A DNA stretch of 64,000 bases from Pseudogracilibacillus sp. (GCA_032113595.1 DAMCTP010000001.1:17777-81776), one strand, 5' to 3'. Positions 9,606 to 20,304 are shown, counted from the first letter of the stretch. The notes: generated from the letters alone by a model not told the origin. Numbers and translations: made by a program.

Positions 9606-10844
9606 TTAACTAATATCAATCGCCCAAGTCCCATTTCGGAAAATAGGTTCTACTGTACCGTCCGCTAACACACCATCAATATCCATTTCGGCCGAGCCAA
9701 TCATAAAATCAACATGGACCATACTATCATTTATACCATGCTTATCAAGTTCCTTTAGATCCATCTTTTCTCCATTTTGAACATTTGTTGGATATGCCTT
9801 TCCTAAAGCAATGTGACACGATGCATTTTCATCAAATAGAGTATTGTAAAAAATTAATCCTGTTTGTGACACTGGAGATTCATCTGGTACGAGCGCTAAT
9901 TCTCCCAAGCGTTTTGCTCCATCATCCGAATCCAATAAATGTTTTAAAACCTCTTCACCTTTTTTAGCCTTAAAATCTATTACCTCACCATTTTTAAATG
10001 TTAATGAAAATTCATCAATAATATTTCCACCATAATTCAATGGCTTCGTGCTAGAAACAGTGCCGTTCACATTATATTTATGTGGGGCTGTAAAAACCTC
10101 CTCTGTTGGTAAATTAGGGTTAAACATTGTACCCGCTTGGGACTTTGCAGCACCACCTTGCCAAATGTGATTAGCTGGTAAGCCTATTTCCAAATTAGTC
10201 CCCGGAGATTTTAACATTACTTTCTCATATTGTTTCTTATTTAAAAATTCATAAGCATTTTTTAATGTTGCATTATGTTGATCCCATGCCTTGAGTGGGT
10301 CTACCTGGTCAACACGTACCATTTGTATAATTTCCGACCATAAACTTTCTAATGCTTCTGCTTCCGATTGGTTAGGGAAGATTTTCATCGCCCATGCTTT
10401 CGTCGGAATAGAAATGACACACCACTGGATATCATCGTTCATTAAAGACTTCCTAAAATTAGTTAATGCTATACCAGCCGCCTTATTTGCTGCTGCTACT
10501 CTTTCACCCGGAATATGCTGTAATAAATCCGGATCTGTCGCATGGACGGATAAAAAAGCTGCACCGTCTTCAGCATATCCTTCCTGCTGTTTCACACGCC
10601 ATTCGGGATAAGTTTCAATAACCTCATCTGTCGCATGTTCAAATTTTAATAACGATAATTCATCATCTCCCCAAGAGACATGAACATCTTTCGCTCCAAG
10701 CTCATATGCCTTTTTAGCCACTAATCGGATAAATTCTGCACCTTCAATCGGGGCATTAATAAACAATGCTTGATTTCTTTGGAGATTAACACCCCTTTGC
10801 AAAATTAAATCAGCGTATTTTTCCATTTCAATTATTTTTGTCAT
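9606..10844 (-). CDS. ampS: M29 aminopeptidase (AmpS/aminopeptidase II)
   Basis: NLPTEEVFTAP, LGELALV, LFDENASCHIALG and HVDFMIG motifs. Start moved to 10844 (GGAGGT RBS). Confidence 0.92.
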   Translation of the reverse strand: MTKIIEMEKYADLILQRGVNLQRNQALFINAPIEGAEFIRLVAKKAYELGAKDVHVSWGDDELSLLKFEHATDEVIETYPEWRVKQQEGYAEDGAAFLSVHATDPDLLQHIPGERVAAANKAAGIALTNFRKSLMNDDIQWCVISIPTKAWAMKIFPNQSEAEALESLWSEIIQMVRVDQVDPLKAWDQHNATLKNAYEFLNKKQYEKVMLKSPGTNLEIGLPANHIWQGGAAKSQAGTMFNPNLPTEEVFTAPHKYNVNGTVSSTKPLNYGGNIIDEFSLTFKNGEVIDFKAKKGEEVLKHLLDSDDGAKRLGELALVPDESPVSQTGLIFYNTLFDENASCHIALGKAYPTNVQNGEKMDLKELDKHGINDSMVHVDFMIGSAEMDIDGVLADGTVEPIFRNGTWAIDIS

Positions 10845-10857
10845 CGTTAAACCTCCA

Positions 10858-11370
10858 TTATTCCTTTTGTTGATCAATCATTGCCGCCATTTCCTGTGAT
10901 TGTTTTCTCCGCTCATTCCGATGGTTTCTTCTTAACTCTGCCCCTTCAGCTAACATGTCCCCCAATAGTGTTTCATGAAATATTTCTGGTACAGTATCGG
11001 GTTTTCCATTTTCCCCTAATGCAACAAAGGTTAAAAAGGCAGTGGCACAAACTTTTTTCTCACCAGTTAATAAGCCTTCTTTGACAACACTAACAAATAC
11101 TTCCATCGATGTTCTATATGCTGCTGTTACAATACTTTCCAAAATAATCGTATCGCCCACTTTGACTGGCTGAATAAAATCGACTGAATCTGTTGATGCT
11201 GTAACAACTAATTTCCTCGCGTGTCGCATCGCTGAAATAGCTGCCACATCATCAATGTGGGCCATCAATTTTCCACCAAACAATGTGCCATAAGGATTAG
11301 CATCTGGTGGTAAAATTTGTGCCGTTTTTACCGTTCGGGAATGCATGCTAGATTTCTTTTCCATTGACAT
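10858..11370 (-). CDS. Acyl-CoA thioesterase (hotdog fold, YkhA-like)
   Basis: DANPYGTLFGGKLMAHIDDVA, VVTAS and TSMEVFV motifs. Confidence 0.9.
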   Translation of the reverse strand: MSMEKKSSMHSRTVKTAQILPPDANPYGTLFGGKLMAHIDDVAAISAMRHARKLVVTASTDSVDFIQPVKVGDTIILESIVTAAYRTSMEVFVSVVKEGLLTGEKKVCATAFLTFVALGENGKPDTVPEIFHETLLGDMLAEGAELRRNHRNERRKQSQEMAAMIDQQKE

Positions 11371-11392
11371 ACTTCTCCTTCTATTATTTTAT

Positions 11393-12841
11393 TTAAAGGA
11401 TGGGTGACAACAACCTAGAAATAGACTCTTTAAATTTTATACCTATTGACCGTTGTTCATATAGCCTTTCTGTCATTTGTGTTGAACGAAGAATATCTTT
11501 CTCAAAAATCTCCACCAATTGGTGGGCTAAATCAACGTCATATAAAAAAGCATTTACCTCGAAATTTAATCGGAAACTCCTCACATCAATGTTAGCTGTA
11601 CCAACAGATGCTAATTCCCCATCAACAACAATCGTTTTGGCATGTAAAAACCCATCTTGATATAAATAAATTTCCGCACCTTCCTGAATTAATTTACCGA
11701 CATAAGATAATGTTGCCCAATAGACAAAAATATGATCAGGTCTATTCGGTATCATGATTTTAATTTTCACACCCGAAAGGGCTGCGATGCGCAATGCATC
11801 CAATAAACTTTCATCAGGGATAAAATATGGTGTTTGGATATAGACGAATTTTTTTGCATTTAAAATCATCTTTATGTATCCATATTTAATTTGTTCCAAA
11901 TCGGAATCTGGTCCACTTGATACAATTTGAATACCAACATCACCTGCATCACAACCAATAAAATACCTTTTTTCATATTCGATAATTTCCTTAGATGCTT
12001 GAGTCCAATCAAGCATAAATCTAGTTTGCATTGTTCGAACTGCATCACCACAAATTCGTAAATGTGTATCACGCCAGTAACCAAATCGTTCCGATTTCCC
12101 TAAGTATTCATCACCGATATTAAACCCACCGATATACCCTATCTTACCATCAATGATAGTAAGTTTTCGATGATTTCTAAAATTGATTTTCATATTGATT
12201 TTCGGTATTAAAGGTGGGAAAAACGACTTTACTTGAACATTTGCCTGTGTTAATCGATGAATGAATCTTTTTGTTAAAGAACGAGAGCCCATGTCATCAT
12301 AAAGAAGTCTTACTTCCACCCCTTCTTTAGCCTTTTTAATTAGTACATCAGCAATCCTAGTCCCTAATTGATCATTACGAACAATGTAATATAGCAAGTG
12401 AATATGATCAGTAGCCCGTTCTAAATCAGCAATTAAATTTGTAAATTTATCCGATCCGTTCGTATAAATATCTACAATATTATTTTGTGAAAAAAGTGCA
12501 TCATCTTGTTTTAAATGTAAATAGTATAAGTCACGATATTTTTTTAAGGTATTCTTTTTATATGGGAATCGATCACTTTTAATGATGTCCATTTGTTCTT
12601 GAACGGACTTTTTTAACCCTAGTCGACTTTTAGCATCCCATATAAATATTCTTTGATTACTTAATTTTCGCCCAAAAATTAAATAAAGAGCAAATCCTAA
12701 AATTGGGATAAAAAGAAGAATCATTAACCATGCCCATGTTGAAGTAGCATTTTTTCTTTCTAAAAATATAATTGTGAAAGCTAGTACGAAATTAACAATA
12801 AATATGGAACCTAGTAACAATGATAGGATTTGCAACGGCAT
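11393..12841 (-). CDS. cls: Cardiolipin synthase
   Basis: Two HKD motifs (NHRKLTIID, LHAKTIVVD) and two N-terminal TM helices. Confidence 0.95.
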   Translation of the reverse strand: MPLQILSLLLGSIFIVNFVLAFTIIFLERKNATSTWAWLMILLFIPILGFALYLIFGRKLSNQRIFIWDAKSRLGLKKSVQEQMDIIKSDRFPYKKNTLKKYRDLYYLHLKQDDALFSQNNIVDIYTNGSDKFTNLIADLERATDHIHLLYYIVRNDQLGTRIADVLIKKAKEGVEVRLLYDDMGSRSLTKRFIHRLTQANVQVKSFFPPLIPKINMKINFRNHRKLTIIDGKIGYIGGFNIGDEYLGKSERFGYWRDTHLRICGDAVRTMQTRFMLDWTQASKEIIEYEKRYFIGCDAGDVGIQIVSSGPDSDLEQIKYGYIKMILNAKKFVYIQTPYFIPDESLLDALRIAALSGVKIKIMIPNRPDHIFVYWATLSYVGKLIQEGAEIYLYQDGFLHAKTIVVDGELASVGTANIDVRSFRLNFEVNAFLYDVDLAHQLVEIFEKDILRSTQMTERLYEQRSIGIKFKESISRLLSPIL

Positions 12842-12893
12842 ACACTCCTTTAAGTAAAACCATTACACATCTATAATTTTTTTAAAGAATGAA

Positions 12894-14066
12894 TCATAAT
12901 TTATTTAATGCTTGCTCCAAGTCCTCCCAAATATCCTCCCATGCTTCTAGCCCCACTGAAAGACGAATGAGAGAATCATGAATCCCCATTTCCTGACGTT
13001 TTTCCTCTGGTATGACTGCATGTGTCATTGTTGCCGGATGCTCAATCAATGTTTCCGCATCACCTAGACTAACAGCTACCTTAACAAATGATAAGTCATT
13101 CATTAATTTTTGTGCTTCTGCTTTACCACCTTCAATTTCAAATGCTAAAACACCACCAGCTCGTTCCATTTGCTTTTCAAATATTGGTTGATCACCTACA
13201 CCCGGATAGTAGACATTTTTCACTTTATTATGTTCCCTCAATTGACCAACAATTTTCTCAGCATTATCACAATGTCGATCCATCCGAATTGGTAAGGTTT
13301 TTAGCCCTCTTAATAGTAACCAAGCATCAAATGGACCAATCACAGCCCCCATGTCTTTTCTTGTTGTCTTTGAAATTTCATCCATTAATTCCTGTTTTCC
13401 AACCGCCAGACCTGCAATTACATCACCATGTCCATTAATGTATTTAGTAGCACTATGGACGACTACATCACATCCTAACTCTAATGGTCGTTGCAAGTAA
13501 GGAGATGCAAAAGTATTATCGACAACCACCGGAATATCATGTTCTTGCGCCACTTTGGCCACAAGTGCCAAATCGATTAATTGCATCGTTGGATTAATTG
13601 GTGTTTCTATATAAATACATGCTGTCTCAGGTTTAATTAGACTTTTAATTTCATCTTCAGTCTCCAAATTAGAAAAGTCCACTGACATATTGTATTTATC
13701 TTTCATCATCATTAATAGACCATATGTACAACCATATAATCCTGTTGAACATAACACATGATCATTCGCTTTCGTCAATGAAACCAATACAGCAGATATC
13801 GCCCCCATTCCGGATGAGAAAGCAAGTCCCGCTTCCCCTCCCTCCAATGCTGCAATACGTTTTTCCAATGTTGTGACAGTTGGATTACCTATTCTCGTAT
13901 ATATATAACCTTCTGCTTCTCCCTGGAATAACTGTTCCCCATGCTCAGCAGATTGAAACTCATAGGTTGATGTTTGGAACAATGGGGTAGATAAACTCCC
14001 CAACATTTCCTTAGCGTCGTAACCTTCATGAATCGTTGTCGTGGCAAACTTTTTATCTTTTCGCAA
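12894..14066 (-). CDS. megL: Methionine gamma-lyase
   Basis: YIYTRIGNPT, LYGCT (MGL-type Cys), HSATKYINGHGD and AVSLGDAETLIEHPATMTH. Confidence 0.85.
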   Translation of the reverse strand: MRKDKKFATTTIHEGYDAKEMLGSLSTPLFQTSTYEFQSAEHGEQLFQGEAEGYIYTRIGNPTVTTLEKRIAALEGGEAGLAFSSGMGAISAVLVSLTKANDHVLCSTGLYGCTYGLLMMMKDKYNMSVDFSNLETEDEIKSLIKPETACIYIETPINPTMQLIDLALVAKVAQEHDIPVVVDNTFASPYLQRPLELGCDVVVHSATKYINGHGDVIAGLAVGKQELMDEISKTTRKDMGAVIGPFDAWLLLRGLKTLPIRMDRHCDNAEKIVGQLREHNKVKNVYYPGVGDQPIFEKQMERAGGVLAFEIEGGKAEAQKLMNDLSFVKVAVSLGDAETLIEHPATMTHAVIPEEKRQEMGIHDSLIRLSVGLEAWEDIWEDLEQALNKL

Positions 14067-14250
14067 TCGAATCCCTCCAACTCTTTGGTTACCCCTATTA
14101 TAAGCTATCGATTAAAGAGATGAAAGAAATGCATGCGTTTACCCTCCTATACCATTTTATCAATACAAAGGAAATAAGTCAGAACAATTGCTTTTTTTAA
14201 AAAAATCCTATTAAATTTATATTGAAGCTTATAGAGAGAGAAGGAACGTT

Positions 14251-15159
14251 ATGAATTCTAAAAATACGAAACTAGGCATTATTAGTGGCATTATTGCTTA
14301 CTTCATTTGGGGACTATTGCCAATATACTGGAAAGCGTTAGATCACTATGGAGCAGATGTTGTCTTCTCTCACCGGATTATTTGGTCTTTTGTATTCATG
14401 GTTGTATTAATTTCTTTCACTAAGCAGCTTCGACCTTTCCTACTAGAATCGAAGAGAATTTTTAAAAGTAAAAAATTAACGATACTTATGTGTTTCATCG
14501 CTTTATTTATTAGTGCAAATTGGCTTATCTTTATTTGGGCTGTACAAACTGGATATGTTCTCCAAGCTAGTTTAGGTTATTACATTAATCCTCTTGTCAA
14601 TATTTTCCTCGGCGTTGTTATTTTAAAAGAACGATTATCTACGGCACAAAAAGTTTCTTTCTTTTTAGCTTTTATTGCCATTATCTTTTTAACATTTAGC
14701 TATGGTGTTTTTCCATGGATATCCTTATCACTAGCATTTTCATTCGGTATGTACGGTCTTTTGAAAAAAATCGCTGATATTCACGCAACCTATAGTTTAA
14801 CAATTGAAACGACACTAATTTTTCCATTTGTACTTTTATACTTAATTTATATGTATGATTTCCGTTTAGCGATAAACAGTGACATCATGAGTCAAAATAT
14901 TTTATTAATCCTTTCTGGTGTTGCTACAGCAGTGCCATTATTATTATTTGGAAGTGCCGTAAAACATTTAAATTATTCAATGGTAGGTTTTTTACAATAT
15001 ATTACACCAACAATCATGTTAATTATCGGCGTTTATTTATATCATGAACCTTTTACTATTTATCATATGATTACATTCTCCTTAATTTGGATCGCATTAA
15101 TTATATACATGTCTTCAACATACCAACAAAGTAAAAAACAGATAAAAAAACATGCCTAA
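14251..15159 (+). CDS. rarD: RarD-type EamA/DMT transporter
   Basis: WGLLPIYWK, ASLGYYINPL and GFLQYITPT motifs. Confidence 0.9.
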   Translation: MNSKNTKLGIISGIIAYFIWGLLPIYWKALDHYGADVVFSHRIIWSFVFMVVLISFTKQLRPFLLESKRIFKSKKLTILMCFIALFISANWLIFIWAVQTGYVLQASLGYYINPLVNIFLGVVILKERLSTAQKVSFFLAFIAIIFLTFSYGVFPWISLSLAFSFGMYGLLKKIADIHATYSLTIETTLIFPFVLLYLIYMYDFRLAINSDIMSQNILLILSGVATAVPLLLFGSAVKHLNYSMVGFLQYITPTIMLIIGVYLYHEPFTIYHMITFSLIWIALIIYMSSTYQQSKKQIKKHA

Positions 15160-15233
15160 TATTTTCTGTTATAAAGGAGCCTTCATTGGCATACGATTAT
15201 ACATAATACTTTAAAAGACTTTTCACAAAATCG

Positions 15234-15261
15234 TTGACATCTATTTTAATCTGTGTATAAT
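15234..15261 (+). promoter_or_regulatory. Sigma-A-type promoter for metY
   Basis: TTGACA-N16-TATAAT upstream of the SAM riboswitch. Confidence 0.7.
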
Positions 15262-15306
15262 GATGTATAATTTCATTATTTGGCAGAGATCATTTCTGCC
15301 CGAAGT

Positions 15307-15418
15307 CTCTTATCAAGACGGATGGAGGGAATAGGCCCTATGAAGTCCAGCAACCTTAAAACTTTTTGTTTTTAAAGGTGCCAAATCCTACAGGTCTAAT
15401 AGACCTGGAAGATAAGAG
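15307..15418 (+). ncRNA. SAM-I (S-box) riboswitch
   Basis: CTCTTATCAAGA...GGAGGGA...GGCCCTATGAA...GCAACC...GGTGCCAAATCC...GAAGATAAGAG; P1 is CTCTTATC/GATAAGAG. Confidence 0.95.
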
Positions 15419-15439
15419 GAGGTTACGACTGACATATCG

Positions 15440-15476
15440 TCCTCTTCTATCTTGATATAGAAGGGGATTTTTTATT
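15440..15476 (+). terminator. S-box expression-platform terminator
   Basis: TCCTCTTCTAT/ATAGAAGGGGA plus U-run; the 5' arm can pair alternatively with AAGAGGA. Confidence 0.85.
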
Positions 15477-15530
15477 CTCTTCCTATCAAAAATATATGAA
15501 AATCTTACTATAATAAGGAGGAATTTAATT

Positions 15531-17180
15531 ATGTCACATTTTAATTTTCAAAAGGAAGACACTATTTTATTACACGGAGGGCAGGAGCCAGACCCTGTTA
15601 CAGGTTCTCGTGCAGTTCCTATTCACCAAACAACTTCATATGTGTTTCGGGACACAGATCATGCAAGAAATTTATTTGCACTAGCGGAAGTTGGTAACAT
15701 TTATACACGAATTATGAACCCTACAACTGATGCCTTTGAACAACGCGTCGCATTACTAGAAGATGGTACAGCTGCAGTTGCTACTGCATCAGGAATGGCC
15801 GCTATCACTTACGCCATATTAAATATTGCGCAAGCAGGCGATGAAATTATTGCCGACAGCAATTTATATGGAGGAACTTATAATCTATTTGTTCATACAT
15901 TACCACGTCTAGGTATCAACGTTAAAATCGTTGACGGAACGGACCTCTCGGCTATTGAAAATGCGATTACTGATAAAACAAAAGCAATTTATGGGGAAAC
16001 AATTACGAACCCTAGTTTAAATGTATTCGATATTGAAAGTGTTGCAAAAATTGCACATGCAAATGGCATTCCACTTATTATCGACAATACATTTGCACCA
16101 AAGTTTGCTAAGCCTATCCATTGGGGAGCTGACATTGTTGTTCATTCTGCAACAAAGTGGATAGGGGGACATGGAACATCTATTGGTGGGGTTGTTGTTG
16201 ATGGTGGGCGATTTAATTGGGATAATGAAAAATTCCCAGGTTTTACAACTCCTGATGAAAGTTATGGCGGTGTTCGTTATGTTGACCTTGGACCAGTTGC
16301 CTTTGCACTAAAATTACGGGTTCAACTATTACGTGATACCGGGGCTTCAATTAGTCCACATAATGCTTTCTTATTATTACAAGGGTTGGAAACATTACAC
16401 GTTCGAATTGAACGACATAACGAAAACGCCCTTAAAGTAGCAAAATATTTACAAAGTCATCCTTCCGTTGAGTGGGTTAATTTTCCGGGATTAGCTGATC
16501 ATCCATCATATGAATTAGCGAACAAATATTTTTCATCTGGTTATGGTTCTATTATTACATTTGGTATTAAAGGTGGTTTAGAGGCAGGGAAAAAACTCAT
16601 CGATTCTATTGAATTATGGTCACATGTTGCCAATGTTGGAGATGCTAAGTCATTAATCATTCATCCAGCTTCAACGACACATCAACAATTAAGTCCTGAG
16701 GACTTGAAGAAAAGTGGTGTAACAGAAGAACTAGTACGTTTAGCCGTCGGTCTCGAGTCAATTGAAGATATAATCAGTACACTTGATAAAGCTATTGGAG
16801 AGGCGACAGGTCAAACAACAGTTGAGGTAACTGAAGAAGATGTCATTAACTGGCTCTTTTCCTCACCATTCGACCGATTAGAAGGATTACGTGCAAAAAC
16901 AATCCTTATCGATAGTGACAATGAGGGACTTAACAATAAAGTCTTATCATTATCCAAATCTGGATACCAAATAATTACAAACAGTCATGATAATGATACC
17001 ATTATCGATGTCGTAGTTACTGATAAGAAATCTATCCCTAATAACCAACTTGAAGATTTTGCAAATAAAGGAGTTAAGATTGTTTGGAGCGAAGGGTCTA
17101 TAGATGCTAACCACCATTCAATTAATGTTATTTCAGAAAAAGACATTATTAATGAGGCCGACAGAATTAAAATAAAATAA
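15531..17180 (+). CDS. metY: O-acetylhomoserine sulfhydrylase (MetY/CysD-like) with a C-terminal extension of about 125 aa
   Basis: [43 protein letters not shown]; under S-box control. Confidence 0.9.
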   Translation: MSHFNFQKEDTILLHGGQEPDPVTGSRAVPIHQTTSYVFRDTDHARNLFALAEVGNIYTRIMNPTTDAFEQRVALLEDGTAAVATASGMAAITYAILNIAQAGDEIIADSNLYGGTYNLFVHTLPRLGINVKIVDGTDLSAIENAITDKTKAIYGETITNPSLNVFDIESVAKIAHANGIPLIIDNTFAPKFAKPIHWGADIVVHSATKWIGGHGTSIGGVVVDGGRFNWDNEKFPGFTTPDESYGGVRYVDLGPVAFALKLRVQLLRDTGASISPHNAFLLLQGLETLHVRIERHNENALKVAKYLQSHPSVEWVNFPGLADHPSYELANKYFSSGYGSIITFGIKGGLEAGKKLIDSIELWSHVANVGDAKSLIIHPASTTHQQLSPEDLKKSGVTEELVRLAVGLESIEDIISTLDKAIGEATGQTTVEVTEEDVINWLFSSPFDRLEGLRAKTILIDSDNEGLNNKVLSLSKSGYQIITNSHDNDTIIDVVVTDKKSIPNNQLEDFANKGVKIVWSEGSIDANHHSINVISEKDIINEADRIKIK

Positions 17181-17204
17181 CTAATTGCTATTAAATGACA
17201 TTGA

Positions 17205-17246
17205 AATAAAGCCTATCACTATTCGTGGTGGGCTTTATTACTTTTT
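17205..17246 (+). terminator. Terminator after metY
   Basis: AATAAAGCCTATCAC / GTGGTGGGCTTTATT stem with G-U pairs on the + strand. Confidence 0.75.
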
Positions 17247-17369
17247 ACAGACTTGGTATTGTATTCCTGTTGACTTTTTAATCATTATTTGTTTAAGTTT
17301 AGAGAGGTTTAATTTAAGGTAAACTATTTATGTGTGATAACATAATTATAAGTAATGATTTATTTTCTA

Positions 17370-17555
17370 GGCACTGTTAAATCTTGTTGTAACTTTGCTT
17401 CGGCTAACATAGTAAAATCTTGTAGATTTACAACTAAGAATTTCTAACGAATGACGTTTTAGTGTCGATGTTGGTTACTAGACATGACTATTCATAACTG
17501 AATCCTGATTTTTTCAATCATGTTCGCTGTTCCAACATAAGGCCTTAACAGAGCC
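17370..17555. mobile_element. MITE-like element with bipartite terminal inverted repeats (copy 2)
   Basis: Left end GGCACTGTTAAA-tcttgtt-GTAAC; right end reverse complement GGCTCTGTTAAG-gccttat-GTTGG. Confidence 0.6.
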
Positions 17556-17580
17556 ATCAATCAAAAACAATGATTTAGGT

Positions 17581-18513
17581 GTGATATACATTAAAAAAGT
17601 ACTGTTTATTGGTGTTGTGATAACCATTTGTCTCTCAGCATTCATCATTTTTATAAATAATAAAAATAAATTGGAAGTGCTCGGTGATGAAATTACCCAA
17701 AATATTGAAGACTTACAAAAGGAAAATTTAAAGGCTGCCAGTGAATTAAAAGATGGTGATGATGAACAAGGAGAACCACTAGACCATGCACTTTTTGCTG
17801 ATGACCCTGTAAAGGATTTTATTTCAGAAAAAGTAAATCAAACAATTGACTTTTTTCTAAATAAGAACCTCCACATCGTTGCCATTGGTGACTCGTTGAC
17901 GGAAGGTATAGGAGACGAAACAGAAAATGGAGGATATGTTGGTATTTTAAATAATAAAGTCAATAGTGGAAAGAAAATTGCTCAATTTGAAAATTACGGT
18001 AAATTGGGTAATAAAACAAATCAATTATTAGCTCGATTAGATGAAGAGGAAGACGTTAAGGAGAGTATCATCAAGGCAGATATTATTTTAATAACAATTG
18101 GCGCCAATGATGTAATGCAAGTTTTTAAGGAAAACTTTACCAGCTTAACATTGGATAAATTTGCGGAAGAACAAATTGATTATGAAAATCGCTTACGCCA
18201 AATCTTTACTAGAATGATTGAATTAAATCACGACGTCACCATATATTTAATTGGATTTTACAATCCTTTTCAACGATATTTTGGAAATATTGAGGAATTG
18301 AACATCATCGCCGATAACTGGAATGATAGCGGGGAATTAATCACAAATCAATTTCAGAATGTGCACTATATTCCCGTGAGTGATTTGTTTGAGGACATCG
18401 ATGAAGAATATTTGGCTGATGATTATTTTCATCTAAATTATTTTGGCTATCAATTAATGGCTGATAGGATTTTACACTATTTAACGGAAGAAGAAGGCGA
18501 GATGAATGACTAA
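17581..18513 (+). CDS. ypmR: SGNH/GDSL hydrolase (YpmR-like)
   Basis: AIGDSLT, TIGAND and DYFHLN motifs; N-terminal TM; precedes ypmS. Start codon uncertain. Confidence 0.85.
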   Translation: MIYIKKVLFIGVVITICLSAFIIFINNKNKLEVLGDEITQNIEDLQKENLKAASELKDGDDEQGEPLDHALFADDPVKDFISEKVNQTIDFFLNKNLHIVAIGDSLTEGIGDETENGGYVGILNNKVNSGKKIAQFENYGKLGNKTNQLLARLDEEEDVKESIIKADIILITIGANDVMQVFKENFTSLTLDKFAEEQIDYENRLRQIFTRMIELNHDVTIYLIGFYNPFQRYFGNIEELNIIADNWNDSGELITNQFQNVHYIPVSDLFEDIDEEYLADDYFHLNYFGYQLMADRILHYLTEEEGEMND

Positions 18514-19153
18514 GCATCATCAAAAAGAAAACAATATATGGCGAAGTCTTTTTATCATTCTTTGTATCGTTAATGTTATTATTGTGATTTCATTATTTCT
18601 TTATTTGTATTCTCCTATTTCAGATCATGATATTGATTTATCAAGTAAAGAGTATTCCAAGGAACATAGTTCTGAATTTGTCGTTAGAACAACAAAACAT
18701 AATTTAAACAATTTGATAAATGCTTATTTAGATAAACTACTTAGCCATTCAAAATACCAATATTCTGTCAAACTTGATGATGATGTAGAGTTATATGGTG
18801 AAATCCCTGTTTTTTCAGCTAGAATTCCATTATTAATCCATTTTGATCCTATCGTAAAGGAAAATGGAGATATTGCACTTAGACAAAAGTCAATCTCTGT
18901 TGGATTTTTAGAATTACCGAATCGCAAAATCATGCAATATGTTGCCAAATATTTAGTCATGCCTGAATGGGTTGTCGTTAACCCAAAAGAGGAAGAAATT
19001 TATGTAAAAATAACTGAAATGGATATTAAAAGTAACTTTAGGGTCGAGTTTGAACAATTTAATCTTCAAACAAATGATATCGCCATTAGGCTATATGTCC
19101 CTTATCATACATTGGGAATTGATGTGATCCCTAGAATTGATACTTTTGACTAG
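18506..19153 (+). CDS. ypmS: YpmS-like (DUF2140) membrane-anchored protein
   Basis: N-terminal TM, LNNLINAYL, FDPIVKENGDIAL and PEWVVVNPK; overlaps the ypmR stop. Confidence 0.85.
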   Translation: MTKHHQKENNIWRSLFIILCIVNVIIVISLFLYLYSPISDHDIDLSSKEYSKEHSSEFVVRTTKHNLNNLINAYLDKLLSHSKYQYSVKLDDDVELYGEIPVFSARIPLLIHFDPIVKENGDIALRQKSISVGFLELPNRKIMQYVAKYLVMPEWVVVNPKEEEIYVKITEMDIKSNFRVEFEQFNLQTNDIAIRLYVPYHTLGIDVIPRIDTFD

Positions 19154-19188
19154 GAAGGAGCTATAACCTTCCTAGTCATATTTTTTAT
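19148..19188 (+). terminator. Hairpin/terminator spanning both convergent stop codons
   Basis: GACTAGGAAGG-N8-CCTTCCTAGTC followed by ATATTTTTT. Confidence 0.65.
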
Positions 19189-20155
19189 TCATTGCTTGTA
19201 TTTCTTCTTTCACTTTGTCGATTAAAAAATCAGGACTAAGCACTTCCGCTTTACTACCCCATTTTAATATCCAGCTTAATAATCCATCGGAAACTTTAGC
19301 ATGTGTTGTCACGATAAAATGTTCTTTACCATCCTCGATAACTGACACATTCAGACCAAAACGATCAAAAATTGGGTTTATTAGGCTATTATCAAAGCGT
19401 ATTTCAATTTTTGCTTCCTCTCCACTATACATATGAAATGAATTATCCACATAATTTTGCAATTGAAATTGTTGATTTTTTTCATATGGCTGATCTGTAA
19501 TCTCAATATTTCGCATGCGATCAAGACGATAATGACGAATTTCATTTTTCGGTATGTATTCACCAATTAGATAGTATAAATCATTTTGCCAAATCAAAGC
19601 GTAAGGTACAACCTGATAAATAGCACCATCCCTACGATATTGAAATTCCTTTTTAACATTAAAATCACCATACTGGTATTTAATAACGCGACGTTCTGTA
19701 ATAGCATGATGAATTCGATCTATATTTAATTTTATTAAATCGTAATCAATATTTATTGTTTGGCTAAACAATATCGGTTCTGGTAAAGTAACTGCCAAAT
19801 ATTTACTCGTTAATTCTTTTAATTTATCAATCAATTTATTTTTTTCATTAATCGTAATAAATCTAGCGGATAAAATTGCATCGACTAATAGACGTAATTG
19901 ATATGTTTCAAACATTTTATTTTGATGACTATAGTAGATTTTTCCATGTCTACGACGATTTAGCACTATGTCAAAACCCATCTCTTGTAACGCACTAATA
20001 TCATTTTTAATGGATCGATGATCAATATTTTTCACATTCATCCCTTTATAAAGTTTCTCTTTTATTTCATTAATATCTAATTCGTGATTTTCATCTGTTT
20101 CTTGAAACAAAATCCGGTGTAATTGTAATAATCGATAATTATTCCCCTGTTTCAT
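19172..20155 (-). CDS. WYL-domain transcriptional regulator (wHTH-WYL-WCX)
   Basis: N-terminal wHTH (TDENHELDINEI...RSIKNDI), WYL core PYALIWQNDLYYLIG...RHYRLDRM and WCX tail WILKWGSKAEVLSP. Confidence 0.92.
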   Translation of the reverse strand: MKQGNNYRLLQLHRILFQETDENHELDINEIKEKLYKGMNVKNIDHRSIKNDISALQEMGFDIVLNRRRHGKIYYSHQNKMFETYQLRLLVDAILSARFITINEKNKLIDKLKELTSKYLAVTLPEPILFSQTINIDYDLIKLNIDRIHHAITERRVIKYQYGDFNVKKEFQYRRDGAIYQVVPYALIWQNDLYYLIGEYIPKNEIRHYRLDRMRNIEITDQPYEKNQQFQLQNYVDNSFHMYSGEEAKIEIRFDNSLINPIFDRFGLNVSVIEDGKEHFIVTTHAKVSDGLLSWILKWGSKAEVLSPDFLIDKVKEEIQAMNKKYD

Positions 20156-20304
20156 GTTAACCTCCCATTGAAGTTAGTCTAGCCAGCTTCTCATTTATAT
20201 TATAGCAATATTCTAACTATTTACATAGCCCTTTCATAAATATTGACGAAATAGTTATATTGCCTTAACCTAACTGTGAGACAATTATATTGGAGGATTT
20301 ACTT

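Noticed and set aside
14130..14143. cre-like site upstream of megL
   Set aside because: Several mismatches to the CcpA consensus; not distinguishable from chance without comparative data.
16989..17006. Fur-box-like GATAATGATACCATTATC
   Set aside because: One base short of the 19-bp consensus and located inside the metY coding region.
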